Shown here piece after piece: positions 48,772 through 62,580 of a stretch of DNA of 64,000 bases. The DNA comes from Azolla caroliniana (Eukaryota; Plantae; Polypodiophyta). Where the stretch lies: NCBI GenBank assembly GCA_043228905.1, contig JBHGNT010000014.1:9920001-9984000 (forward strand), read 5' to 3'. The notes beneath the pieces are model-generated. The model searched no databases. It was given only the letters and a program-made list of their open reading frames with translations, and was not told the DNA's origin. A program made the position numbers and the translations under genes. Within the stretch, counting starts at the first letter, position 1. Each line of letters opens with the position of its first letter.

Positions 48772-50477
48772 TGTTGAGAGACAAGCTCAACATTGGGTGC
48801 GTAAACGGGTACGTTAGTACGTAGACTGGGTGCGTAAAACCATATGCAAAATATGGCCGTGGCGGTGTTTAAACCGAAAGGCTGTTAGAACGTTATTCCT
48901 CGTAAGGAATAGTTTTGGGAGTTAGTGTAGGAGGCTCATTTATGAGCGGTCAAGTACTGTCAGTACTTGTGTCAGCCCAATAGTCGGGGCTTCTATAAAA
49001 GATGCTCACAGAGCACGAAATATGTATAGAGAACATACAAAGAATTATTGAATATACTTTTGTAGTTTCTACTCTCTCTCTCTCTCTCTCTCTGTGATTT
49101 TTATGTTTTTACGAATTGTTGTACTATTGAACCATGTACTCTGTGTTCTTATGCATACGCTTCTACACACGTATTCTTTTACAAGGTATCAGAGCGCGAG
49201 GGTTGAGACTCCTCTGCAGCTGACAGAAAAGCTTACGATAAAGACAGAGTTAAGTTATTGTTTTTTTCTCGGATAGGATAAGACAACAATATGGATAGAG
49301 GAATGGGAAGCTCGCTACCGACTAAGAAGCTCGACAAGAGCAACTACGCGTCTTGGTCCTACAAGATGTACCAATATCTGCTTGGTCTTGGTGACTAGAG
49401 TTATGTCGAAGGAGCTAATGATGCAGCACCCGAATCGACACACAGAGATTTTTCGGCTTGGGAACAAGCGGCAAGCAGAGTTCTTTACTGCTTCGCGTCC
49501 TGTGTGAGCGACCAACTCTTGAGCTACATTCGGGATGCTAAGACGCCAAAGGACACGTGGGCAAATCTCAAGAGGATTTTCGCCGCTAGCACAATGGCCA
49601 GGAAGGTGCAGCTCAGGCAGGAGCTCAGCAATGTTCGACAAAAAGATCTGTTTGTGGCCGATTATGTTGGCCGGCAAGGCCAAAGGGCCGGTTAGAGTCT
49701 AGAGTGTGAAAGGGGTATTTAATTAGGGATAGGGAGTTATAATTAATAAGTATTATGTTATTTTGAGAAGTGGGCGGACGGACCTACAATCGGTATGCTG
49801 ATTCAGATCCGGACCGGATCGTTGCCGGTTGCTGGTTGGCATCGGTTTGTAACTCAGCCAGAGACCTATAAAAGGACCCAACAAGAATGTAATCAGGGAC
49901 AAATAATTAATAGAAGTGCTGCTATTTTACGTATTATTTGGTGTCTATTTGGTTATCGTCCTGTGCTTAATATAATTAATCTTACGCATGTGTTACAATC
50001 ATTAACAATGTCGGTTAGTAACCAGTTAAGACCCATTTGATACCATGGTCCATCCATATCTCACTGTACCACCCTTTGGTGAAGTGTTCCATAGGGACAC
50101 CCTGTGTTAGGGCTTGTTCAGCCTGAAGGATAACACAGTTTTTTGCAACCATGACTCCTCCAGTGAGCAGAGAACACCGGGGGATGGATGTCTCGACCGA
50201 CTAACGACCAAGTCACTGAACGAGGTAGAAGACTAGCCGGAAGACAGCAAAGGTGGGAAGCCTTCCAGCAAGCGGTCGAGGAGATCTGATAGGATCGGTC
50301 TTTTTCCAGAGTGCTTCGGAGGGTTGTGGAAGAAGCATTTCGGTTCCAAAAAACAACCATTTTCCGACGAGGGCAGTGGTCTGAGGAGCTTGCAAGAGGC
50401 AGAATCACGACTGGGGAAGCTTGTCGAAGGCAACGGAGACTCGGAGGCATTCTCGGCCGTAGAGTTGGAACAAGATA

Positions 50478-53400
50478 GTGAGTGTTCAGTCGAATTACAA
50501 AAGTAGTCACGATACTCCGGACGATCCGGAGGACGACGAATTGGACGGCTCACCAACAACACCTGCGGAGAAAGTGGAAAAGCGTACACCAACACCACCC
50601 GCGGAGGAAGCGGAAAACCGCGCACCAACACCACCCGCGGAGAGAGTGGAAAACCGCGCACAAGAACTAGACCACACATCTTCGGTACAACCTTCTGAAG
50701 GCTACACCATGTCGTACCAGTATCTGAAGTACCGTGATGACCCTAATGTGGAGGTGCACGTCTATGTGTTCCTACAAACACGAGAAGCGAATCATGTATC
50801 CCAAAGGCTGACCGAACCGGAAGCCGAATGGTCAAAAATTGCCGAATTCAGCATGACATTAGAGGGACCGGCGGCCCGCTTGCACGCAAACCACCTACCC
50901 GGAAACTTTGCCACATTTGAGGCCTTGAAAACAAAATTCCTCCGACTATTGCATAGGCAAGTTGAACAACGCGAACTACTCGATCAATTTTACACAACCC
51001 ACCAAGAGGAGCAAGAGACGGTGCCCCAATATATCATCCGATTTCAAACAGTACACAGTGAGTTAACAAGGGCACTTCTGGAATAGGAGGTGAAAGCGGT
51101 GTTTCTAGCCGCTCTACGGGAAACCCTCCAAACGATGTGTGGGGTACTAGATTTCCAGGCTAGCACAATGGATCAAGTCATCGATCGGGTGCTGGAAATG
51201 GATAAACATAGCTCCCTGATGACGATGGGAGCCCAACAGAGGGCCCTTCCAAATAAGGAGGATCTCAGGTTTCACCAAGCGTTGCAATGGACAACGTGTC
51301 TAAACCCGGGCCATTCGACGATAGACTGGACAATGAGGATGCAGTGTATGATATGCCACTCACAGGCACACACAATAGACCGATGTGAGTACAACCTGCT
51401 CAATCGACAAGCGGCACCGGTGCGGATCATTGAACCACATAGCAGTCCCAAACCAGATGACGAACGGTTCCGGAGGGAGGACCGATACCGACCAGAACGT
51501 GGGGATTAGTACAATGATAGAAGACACGATGACTATGGGCACGATTGCAACAACCGACACAGGGAAGGCTACAACCGAGATCGGTATGAATGGGACTACT
51601 CCCAAGATTACGAACGGAGAAGGGGTGCTTATGACCGGGACCGGTATGATAGGAACCAAGATTATAACGGTGACCTGTATGGTCACGATTACTCTCCAAG
51701 CTACAACCAGAGGAGGGAGGACCAATGAGACTACTAAGATCGACACCGGTAGGGTTACAAGAACAACAGGCACTTTATTAAGAAATAGAACTTTCAGAAA
51801 GAGGATTGTAGGGAGCCGGCAAAGGAGTACCAACGAGAGCCTAGCTGGAACAAAGAAGAATAGAAGAACCTAACCGAGCGGTAACGGGATTTCAACCAGG
51901 TACCGGGCCAAAAGCTGAATCTAGCAATACCCGGAAGGCGTATTGTTACTATTGCCGCCAGGAAGGCCATTACAGCAACCAATGTCCGGTTAAAAGTAAC
52001 GAAAAATGATCGGAAGTCAATATGGTGGTAGCAAAAGTAGCGGATATACAGCAAGTCACCACCAGATTAAAAGGAAAGACGTTGGAGTGGGAAGCACTGG
52101 AGGCCATACGAAAACAGACCACCGAATGGATTGAAAAGGCCAACGAACCAAATGTCACCGAAATGAAAGAGCACACGAATGTAGTGGAGGAACTCACCGT
52201 AAAGGCACAGCTGGAGAACCCACGTGGCAAGCACTTCAGGAATGCCAAATCACGTTACCATTGGGCTGGTTACTGCAACTTGTGCCCCGGTTCACCGACG
52301 GGTTGAAATCGGCATTGGCTCCTTTAAGTCCTACACCGGCTCTGACATTCTTTTCAAATCCGGAGGAAGGACCGGCAATGGTGGACACCAACAGTCCGGC
52401 AATCACTGCGATTATTAAAAGATGGGAGCTACCAGGTACGATAGTCAATGGCGGATTAGGAGTAAATGTGATAAGCCTCCGGACATGCGACACTTTGTGA
52501 ATTCAGGAGTGGGAACCATGCCCATTCTGGCTCCGGATGGCGGACACTAGCTTAGTCTGACCGGCCGGCTTGATCCGGGACTTGGAGGTGACGATCGGAG
52601 GCCATGCTTTCCGAATTTTTGCGGTAGTCCTCCAGCTGAACGCCGAAGGGGCATACCCACTGCTGCTGGGACGACCATGGCTGAGGACTTCCTGTATCAA
52701 ACAGAACTGGCAGAAGAACAATAATGTTCCGAAAGGGGAAAACGAAAGTAAGGATACCCACGTAACTGCAAGCAGGCCCCAACAAAGACATAACCCCACT
52801 ATATGCCGAAGGCGTGAACATGCTATGCTAGCAGGACTGCCTGACGAGGAGGTGGATCGCTACCTTGAAGAGAACCCAAGGATAGTCCCTCTGTTCGAAG
52901 TGGACGTGGTAGAAGCGGTATCTCCATACATCGTGCAGATGGAAGAGGCCGATGAGGAACCGGATAAGGATGCAATTCGGGAACTGCAGCAAGCACAAGA
53001 AGCCTTGGAACAGGAAATGGCGGTATCGCAACGAGTAAAGGCGTCCCAACTAGAAGAAGTAAATTTGGGCACCGGAGAGGAAGCGTATCCGGTACACGTG
53101 GCCAAGGAGATATCATGAGAAGACAAATCGGCAATCATAACATTATTAAAAGAATTTCGGGACGTATTCGCCTGTTCCTACGAAGATATACGGGGACTTG
53201 ACACCCAACTCTATTTACACCAGATTCACCTCAGCAAGGACGCTAAGCCGGTGGCACAAGGACGCTATCGGATGAACCCAAACTACGTGGCAAGAGTAAA
53301 GGAGGAAATTGACAAGCTACTCCGGGTCGGCTTTATCCGGCCAGTGAAGAAAGCCACTTGGCTAAGTCCAATTGTCGTAGTGCTGAAGAAGAACGACAAG

Positions 53401-55840
53401 ATCCGTGTCTGCGTGGATTACCAGAAATTGAATGCGGCAACGGTTACCGATGCATTTCTGCTTCCGTTTATGGATGGAGTTTTAGATGCGATAGTCGGGC
53501 ACAAGGTTTATAGCTTCCTCGATGGTTTTAGCGCATATAACCAAATAAGGATGCACCCAGACGATCAAGAAAAGACAGCATTCGTGACAGAATGGGGAAT
53601 CTTTGTAGCAGTTGTAATGATGTTTGGACTCAAGACGATGCCGACAACCTTTCAAAGGATTATTATGGAAGTATTCGGAGAATTCATACCGGCATTTATG
53701 CAGGTATTCCTGGATAACTTCGCGGTATATAGCCAGAAAGGGGAACATCTCGACCATCTCAGGTTATGCTTGGAAAAGTGCAGAGGATACCGGTTAAGCT
53801 TAAACTCGGCAAAATACGTCTTCGGTGTGACCAACGGCACATTGCTGGGTCATATTGTTAGCAAGGAAGGGATTGTGGTGGACCTGAATAAGGTGAAGGC
53901 TATTTTGCAGGCACCGGCATCGACGACCGCCAAGGCTTTAAGCCGGTTCTTAGGACAGATCTGGTGGCATAGCTGGATGCTCCGGTACTTGGTAGACCTC
54001 GCCACGCCACTACACGCAACTGTACACCAAACACTATTTAAATGGACGGATGAAGAGGACAAGGCTTACTGTGCACTCAAGGTAATGCTGTCACAAGCAC
54101 CAGTGGTACAACCCTTGGACTGGTCAAAAGAGTTCCATGTCTTCGTGGACGCGTCAGATATCGCAATCGGTAGCGTACTCATGCAACTTACCGAAACTAA
54201 GTGATACCGACCAGTGTACTATGCTAGTTGGAAGCTGTCAAAGGCAGAGCAAAATTATTCCACTACGGAAAGAGAAGCTCTACAAATGATATACAGTGTC
54301 ACCAAATACCGTCATTATTTGTTGGGCCGCAAGTTTTCATTCCATGTAAACCATTCATCGCTTTTACACTTGGTCTCAAAGGCATCACTCACCGGCAAGC
54401 TGGCCCGGTGGACATTATTATTAGAAGAATTTGAATTTGAGATCTATCACCGGCTGGGTATACAGCATGCAGTTGCCGATTACTTGAGCCGGTTAGAATG
54501 CGGGTAGATAGGTGATGGTGTTCAAGATGAATTTCCGGATGCCGCATTGTTTAAAATTATAGATGAAACCACAATGCATGGGACAGTCGCGATCGAGGAC
54601 AAATGGCTAACGAATATGCACCAGTTCTTAAGCACTGGACTACCCCCAGACAGGATGAACCGGGATGAACGTAAACAGTTGGCGGTGCAAAGCCGACACT
54701 TTTGTCTAGTGCAGGATACACTGTATCATAAAGGAGCGGACGACATATGGCGGCGAGCAGTCCGGAGTGATGAAAAAGACACCATTTTACAAGAAGCGCA
54801 TTGTGGGGTCGCCAAAGGACATTATGCCAGAGAAGCTACGGCAAGGAAAATATGGCGCAACGGCTTATGGTGGCCAACGACACTAAAGGACTCGGTCCGA
54901 TATACGAAGGAATGTGATCTATGTCAAAGAATGGGCCAGCCAACGGAACAAGTGCGCATACCGCATCAACTGGTACTACCTCTAGAGCCATTCCAAAAAT
55001 GGGGGCTAGACTTCATTGGACCATTCAAGCCACCGGCAATGCGAACCGGCAATAGGTACATAATTGTCGCCACAGATTATTGTACAAAATGGGTGGAAGA
55101 CAAGGCACTACGTGACAATACCGCGGCGTCGATGACAAAGTTCCTGTACGAGTACATATGGTGCTAGTATGGATGTACAATCGAATTAATCAGCGACCAA
55201 GGTGGACACTTCCTCGCCTAGGTGGTGGAAAGCCTAACAACATTTTATGCGGTCGTACACAAGCGAACCACCCCTTATTACCCGCAAGCCAATGGATTGG
55301 CCGAATCCACCAATAAAAATCTGCAGAACATTCTCCGGAAGATTGTCAATGAGAACCGAATCGATTGGGATACAAAGCTGCACAATGCGTTATGGGTTTA
55401 CCAAACAACACCATTCCGGTTAGCGTTTGGTCTTGAAGCGGTGATGCCAATAGAATTCCAAGCTTACGGATACAGGTCCGGGAGCGGCTGAGCGAGAAGG
55501 AGTCGGAAAAAATCCGGTTAGCAACACTACGCGAGCTAGAGGAGCACCGAATAGCGAGCCTAATGTAGATGGAACTCGAGCAACGACAAAGGAAAGCATT
55601 CGTCGACCGCCACCGGAAGGGTAACGAGAAGATGTTTGGAATCGGCAAGCCGGTACTAGTGTTCCAGACCCGAATGGGCAAGATGCCAGGGAAGCTATGG
55701 TTCTAGTGGACCGGATCATTTTGGATAACGCGAGAATTCAATGGCTCATATCAGCTGGGAACGCTAGCCGATGAGGTGTTGGACAAGTGGGTAAATGGGT
55801 TCCGACTTAAACCATATTATGGACCCATGCCATAGAACTA
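50478..55840 (+). pseudogene. Gypsy G gag-pol, disrupted
   Basis: Gag 50478-52000 (three knuckles, RD-rich tract), protease ~52430, RT 53251..54204, RH 54214..54507, INT 54547-55840 with KWGLDFIGP; many in-frame stops. Confidence 0.92.
50551..50658 (+). repeat. 36-bp coding tandem repeat x3 (PTPPAEEAENRA-like)
   Basis: CACCAACA(A/C)CACC(T/C)GCGGAG... at 50551, 50587, 50623. Confidence 0.9.
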
Positions 55841-56279
55841 GTTTCATCAATCGGAGAACAATGTGGAAATAGGTAGCGACAAACAGTTGGTTGTAAACCA
55901 TGAAGAAAAACAGACAAGGGAACCAGGGTTACCGGGTAACTAGAACTAGAAAAAAAACAGAAAAAAAGAAAAAAAAGAAGATTATCATGTAGAGGTGAGG
56001 AACGAACGGACACCTCGAAAAGGCGTGCAGTGACTATTTAAAGCCTAGTTAAAGCGCACCATGTGTCACACAGTTGCTATTATAGTACACGACGTGCATG
56101 CGCGGGAATTGAGAAATGTGCCAAGCATGGGAACACGAAACCTCCGCCTCACAGAGTCTCTCTCATTTCGCGAACACAGAGCACTGAGCGCACAAAGGAA
56201 AATACAAGTGAGCAGATGGACGCAAGAAGCACACATAAGCACATCGGCCCTACCCACCCCCACAGAACCAGACGACGAG

Positions 56280-58479
56280 ATGGAACCTATGGCACTTTCC
56301 GAAACAACCATGAAGTGGTTCAGCCAACATGGGTTGGGAGGCTTCCTGAGGATAGAAGAGGCACCGCCGCACGATGAAGCAGAAGAAGTCATGCTCAAAA
56401 TCAACATAGAAGTCATAACGGAAGAAGCCATCCACGCTCTAATCGAATTTCCGGAAGAGGGCATCTACTCCATCGAGAACCCTTCTCCTGAAACGCTAAC
56501 CAAGTTTTTGGGCGAGTATTCCCTCGCCAGCAAGGATCATCGGACACAGGGCGGTGAGGACCCCCTGTTCAGAGAAGTAGCTCGGGTCCTCCACGAGTAT
56601 GGGTTCGTGTACCCCTGACCCCCGTCAATGCCAAAGAACAAAGCCGGTGTCATCCTTGCTACATACACAGGGGTGCAAGTGGACTGGTTGGTAATCATCG
56701 CCAATTTCTTACGAACGGCGATAGAATCAGTCCAGAATGGCAAGAAATTATGGACGGCCGTGGCTCAATGGATGACTCTCTTGGCGCCCCCGGTGGAGCC
56801 AATAAAGACTAAGAAGTGAGTTCGAGTAACGGAGACCACGCCCACCAAACCTTCAAAATGGTAGCAACTCTTGGCCAAGCACACACCCGGATGTAAAGAG
56901 GGCAGTATCTTGCAACAAGGGAAAGAACCGCCTAGCCGAAAGAGGCAATCAGAGATAGAGACAATAGTGGAGCTACCAGTAAGGCCTCTTAAAATCAACC
57001 TGCACAGACAAGAACAAGAGCCGGACCCCTTGGCAACAAAGATCAATATCAGAACCCAAGAGGAGGAAGTTGAGGAAGACCCCACTGATAACCTCCTATG
57101 TAGCTAGAAATGTAGCGACACGGAGCATAAGGGGGATGAATCGGGTCCAGTGAAGGACAACGCACCAACACCCCATTCTGAGGGATCAGAGCCAAGGAAT
57201 GAGGCAGAACCGGTTCAACCAGAACCAATGAAAGAGTTATCTGTGCGGCAAGAAGCAACAGTGCCGGTGGTCCAAGAACCGGTAATCGAATTGCCTACAT
57301 CACCGGGGCAACATGCATAGCAAGTGTAGGAGTTGTCGTTATAGGCACCAATCCAAAAGGGCTTCCGGTGAGAACAGAAGCCATGCCACAACCAGAACCA
57401 GCACGACCACAAGGCACCGACAGTCAATGGCTATAGTGGATTGACGAACAGGTGGCCGGGGTCGTGTGCCAAATAGAAATGGAGGAGAGAGCACAGGGGG
57501 ACCGGTTGTTTGCCACAACCGAAGAACTTGAGAAGGCCCGGTCGAGGATCAAGAGCATGGAAGAAGAAGTTGCACAGGCCAAAGCAAAGGCGGCTAAACA
57601 GGTCATAGAAGGACCAATCCTACCTGAATTGGTGGCTCCGGTGAATGTACAGACCAATAAGATGTCGGTAACTAAAATAGCACCGAGTGCAAATAAGGCA
57701 CAAGAACAAGAATTTTCCACTCTCCGAGAGGAATTAGCAGCCCAAGAGGCCTTAAGGGCTAGAGAATGAGACCTGAAGAAGGCGGCAGAGTAGGAACAAA
57801 AGAAAATGGCAGAGAACCTCCGAAAAGCTGAGGACAATCTACGGAAGGGTCATCAAGCATATGACTGATTGAAGGAAGAAAAAGAAAAGTTGTTGCAAGA
57901 AAAGGACAAACTCCGGCGATCGGCGGAAATTGAGATCGAGCGGCTCCATAAAGAACTCCGGCAACAGAAGGACGGTGAGGACCGGGCCCGACACCAAGTC
58001 AATCAAAGGCTAAAACAGAAAACGTAGGATTTTGATAGGTTGCACCGGGATCACAAGCACCTAGAGGCGGAACACAAGAAATTGATGGCAAAAGGTGACC
58101 AACAGCAAGAGAAGATGTGGGAACTCCAGGATGAAGTCAACAGGACGACAACGGCATTGGTGGGAGAAAGGACCAAGGGAGTCGAAACGGCAAAGATGCT
58201 CGTAGAAGCGGTGAAGGATAGAATGGAGCTTACCCGACAACATCATGAGGAGATGGAACGAGCAAAGATGGCTCTGAACAGAGTTAAGACGACTTATCAG
58301 ACACAACTGATGCAGTATCAGGGACAAGCTGAGGCAATCGCAATCCTCATAAAGCAGTTAAAGGATGAAAAGCAGACCGTAGAGGATAAGTCAAAGATGG
58401 TCCTTGGCCGTATTCGAGACATTGTACTGACATGGAGGGACCAGACAAAGAGGTTAGTTGAAGAAAGTTCCAAAAATAG
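56280..58479 (+). pseudogene. Gypsy G extra 3' ORF: conserved N-terminal domain plus long coiled-coil-like region
   Basis: Same-frame pieces 56280-57107, then 57452-58479 after a frameshift; E/K/Q/R-rich heptad-like C-terminus; N-terminus homologous to 15174-15700. Confidence 0.82.
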
Positions 58480-58792
58480 TGTTATCCTTTAGGTTGGACA
58501 AGCCCTAACACAAGGTGTTCCTAGGGAACACTTCACCAAAGGGTGGTACAGTGAGATATGCATGGACCGTGGTATGAAATGGGTCTTAACCGGTTACTAA
58601 CCGGCACTGTTAATGATCGTAACACACGCGTAAGATTAATTATATTAAGCACAAGACGGTAACGAAATAGACACCAAATAATACGTAAAACAGTGACGCT
58701 TCTATTAATTATCCGTCCTTGATTACATTCTTGTCGGGTCCTTTTATAGGTCTCCGGTTGAGTTACAAACTGGTGCCAACTGCCAACCAACA
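58480..58792 (-). repeat. Inverted partial copy of the gypsy G LTR
   Basis: Reverse complement aligns colinearly with 49835-50135; ORFs 49795..50040(+) and 58533..58829(-) translate to near-identical peptides. Confidence 0.93.
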
Positions 58793-61700
58793 CGTTGGGC
58801 AGAAAGGGAAACTTATGAATGTGTTGCACGTCCTGACAATAACCAAGAACCTAGTGTCGGTCAGACAGATTGTGGACTAGGGGTTGCAAGTTCGATTCAC
58901 GCACCTCGGGTGCTACATCAAAGAGGAAGGCCAAGTTATCCCGCAAGGGCGTCGTGAAGGGAGGATGTTTTTCCTCGACACCAATAAACCCGGAACTGCG
59001 TTGTTTGCGAAAGGACAAAAGGTCGAATCGGATATTGACTTGTGGCACAAGCGGTTCGGCCACGTTAACTTCCAACGGCTTCGTGAAATGCAGACGAAGA
59101 ACATTGTTTTCAGATTGCCAAAATTTCGGGGGTCGTAATGGCCAAGTCTGTGAAGCCTGCCAACTCAGAAAGCAGCACTGTCTTCCATTCCCCAATGAGT
59201 GTAATCGTAGTCGAAATCCACTGAATTTGATCCATTCGGATGTGTGGGGATTGGCACAGAATGTGAGTCTTGGTGGAAGCCATTATTTCGTAACCTTCAT
59301 CGATGACTTCACTCGGCATACCTGGGCATACTTGATCGTGAAAAAGAGTGAAGTCTTCACGTGGTTCCTGAAGGTGAAGAGCCTTGCGGAAAAGGAAACT
59401 AGACGTAAGATCAAGTGCCTACGGTCCGATGGTAGGAAGGAGTAGTTCTCCAACCAATTCATGAGTAATCTACAGAAGGAGGGAATTCGATGCGAATTCT
59501 CGTGTAGATATACGCCGGAGCAGAACGACGTAGCCGAGCGGAAGAATCGGACAATCGAAGAAGCCGCTAGGGCAATGCTTAAAGAGAAACATATGCCGAA
59601 GTTTTACTAGGTTGAAGCCATAAGGACAATGGTTTACTTGCAGAATCGGACCTCTGCTAATAAAGGAGTGTCGCCACATGAGTTGTATTATGGCAAGAAG
59701 CCAAACTTGGCACACTTGAAGATTTTCGACAGCATCGCATATGTACATGTGCCGAAGGAGAAACGGAGGAAGCTAGACGCCAAAGACAAAAAGTGCATCT
59801 TAGTTGGGTATTCAAAAGAACAAAAGGGGTATAAGTGCTATAACCCTTGAACGAAGGAAGTACGTGTAAGCCGAGATGTCGTGTTCGACGAGTCCGCTTC
59901 GTGGTATTTGCCTTCACCTCCAATACCTCATGACTCCATTCTGAATTATGAAGAAGAGGTTAGCGAGGCCCAACTACCTCCGCGTGATGAGGAAATTGGA
60001 GCTCTGATAGAGATTCCGATCTCATTTTGGCTAAGTGGACCGAATGAGGGGCTGGGCTGAGATGGCCAACCGAATGAAGAACCGACGAGTAGTGGAGACT
60101 CGGCCGTGTTGTCCCCGCGTAAAGAACCAAGGAGACGGCTTATGCATAAAGAAAAAGGGAAAAAGAAAATGTTGGAATATGATTTCGGCAGTGCCGAGTA
60201 AGATCGGAGCGAGTCTGATTTCAGGCCAATCGAAAAGGAACCTCCACGGAAGAGGTTGGAATTGGCCGAAAAGGCCGTGAAATCGGGTAATCATGAATTA
60301 CGCCTATCTACCCGCCTGACGAACCCTGTAAAGAGGTACGGGTACAATGAATACATGGCGCACCATTACGTGTACATGACACGAGTGGCGGAAGTGCGTG
60401 AGCCGGAGAGCTATGCAGAAGCGGGGAAAGATGCAAATTGGTGTGCCAGGATGGAGGAGGAGATGTGCGCTTTACCGGACAATGAGACTTGGGACCTGGT
60501 TGACGTACCGATGGGTGTAAGGCCAATCAGATGTAGATGGGTGTATAAGGTGAAATACAACACTGACGGCTTTGTCAACCGATATAAGGCCCATTTGGTT
60601 GCGAAAGGCTACGCATAGAAGCACGACATAGACTACAAGGAGAGCTTCGCACTGGTTGTGAAGATGACTACCATGCGAGTTCTGCTAGTCGTAGCAGCGG
60701 TGAAGGGGTGGCACTTACATCACATGGATGTCAAAAATGCATTCCTGCAAGGCAATCTTGAGGAACCAAACACTTCGGCAGTCTGTCGATTGAAGAAGGC
60801 GTTATACGGACTTAATCAAGCCCCGCGAGGTTGGAATGCTAAGATTATGCAACAATTGAGTAGAATGGGGTTGTTAAGAATTAGGTAAGTAATTAAGCAA
60901 GGGTTAATTAGTACCTAATTATGTGATTAAGTTAATAAGAGGAAGATTAAGTGATATGTGTGTGTATGTGTGTGAGAGGAAGAGAGAGAGAGAGAGAGAG
61001 ATACACTTATGAACCACACAAGATGGGGGATGAGTAACTATATTAAATTAGCATTATGATCATCAAATACAAAAATACCTACAATGAGGTATATATACAT
61101 CTCATGTGTGAGGATAATATAGGTACAAAAGTGTAAGTCCTATATTAAATATACTTAGGAGTGGAGGATCTAGAATATCCCACTTAAGTACAAGGTCCTA
61201 TTTAGATTCTAACTAGATTCTATCTAGGTAATTACGAAGTTACACAATTGAGTAACTAACTAAACTAGGTTGAGTTTGATCTCTCAACACGCCCCCTCAA
61301 GATCAAGTGTGAGGCATCTGACATTCTCTTTGGCTTTTGTCGGCTGCATGTGCTTTTGTCCGGCCTTCGGCTTTCTTCGCCGTGGCAATCTCAGTTCCTC
61401 CCCCTCAATCCGGTGATGAAGGATTGTAGTGTGTGGGCGAAGGTTGACTACTTCCACCCATCGTGGGTTACGAGCCGCTTCGGTGGAGCTCTTTGGGCTC
61501 TTGTTCGGTTGCTACCTTCATCGTGAAGGCATAGTGATGGGCCATATACTCGTTGTAGCCGAGCCGAGTGACGGGATTCTTCTCTCTAAAAGAGCGTCGA
61601 AGCTTTTTGCTCGCCGATGTGAGCGCCTTCTTTACTCTTGGTGTACGCATGATGGGTACACCAAACTCACTATCTAGTGAGGGAGCCGATCCATCAGAAT

Positions 61701-62580
61701 CATTGTGTTCGGGGTGGTTGACTTTGTATTCGGGCATCTTACCTTTGCCTTTGACCAAGTTCGTACTTGGTCGTGACGTGCTTGGGTCGCGTGGGGGCTC
61801 TTGTGGCCCACTAGGCTTTGCCGTAATCAGACTTTCTTCGAACATGTGTTTGAAGCAATCTCCATCTTCTACCTCTTGTTCGGCGGATTCCTAGTCAAGC
61901 GGAGTCGGAGTCGAAGTTGTCTCTGGTGCGTACCAGGATGCGGACTCATCGAAGACTACGTCTCGACTTACCCGAATAGCTCGGGTAGAAAGGTTGTAGC
62001 ACTTGTATGCTTTCTTCTCAGACGAGTATCCTATGAGGATACATTCCTTTGATTTCACCTCGGGCTTCTGTCGTTGTTTGTTCGGGATGCGTACATTCAC
62101 AATGCTTCCGAACACCTTGAGGTGCGACAGTATCGACTTCCTTCCGACGAGGAGCTCGTATGGATTTAGCTCATGCACTCCATTAGTGGTGCATCGATTC
62201 ATGAGATAGACGGCCGTGGATGTTGCTTCAGCCCAATAGAAATTCAGGATGTGCTTCTCATGCATCATGGCGCGTACTACCTCGAGTATTTGCCGATTTT
62301 TCCTTTTGGCGACTCCATTTTGTTGGGGTGTGTGTCGGCACGAGAATTCTCTCTGAATGCCTTCACTTTGGAGGTAGGAGGTGAATTCATCGAAGAAGTA
62401 CTCCTTCCCTCCATCCGATCATAGGCATCGAATGTGTGGACTGGTTTCTTTTTCGACTTTTGGAAGTGGGAGAGCACTTCACTTTTCTTCTTGATCGGGT
62501 AGATCCATGCATAGCGGGAGTAGTTTTTGATGAAGGTTATGTAGTACCGGTATCCGCCGATCGTCGGCGTTTGAGCCAGT

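Larger units (their letters stand above)
49665..58479 (+). mobile_element. Ty3/gypsy element (G): 5' LTR 49665-50135, gag, pol, long 3' extra ORF; no direct-repeat 3' LTR
   Basis: TGTTGG...GATAACA LTR with TATAAAA near 49867; gag with CCHC knuckles; PR-RT-RH-INT order; related to the gypsy at 1-16150. Confidence 0.92.
48772..60871 (+). mobile_element. Copia family B element (E), interrupted by gypsy 49665-58792 and by copia F at 60872
   Basis: LTR 48772-49183 homologous to 6396-6824, PBS AGGTATCAGAGC 49184-49195, gag from 49291, pol resumes 58793-60871 colinear with ~8087-10205. Confidence 0.92.

Noticed and set aside
49665-58792. DIRS-like element with inverted terminal repeats
   Set aside because: Encodes a DDE integrase and aspartic protease, with no tyrosine recombinase or internal complementary region seen
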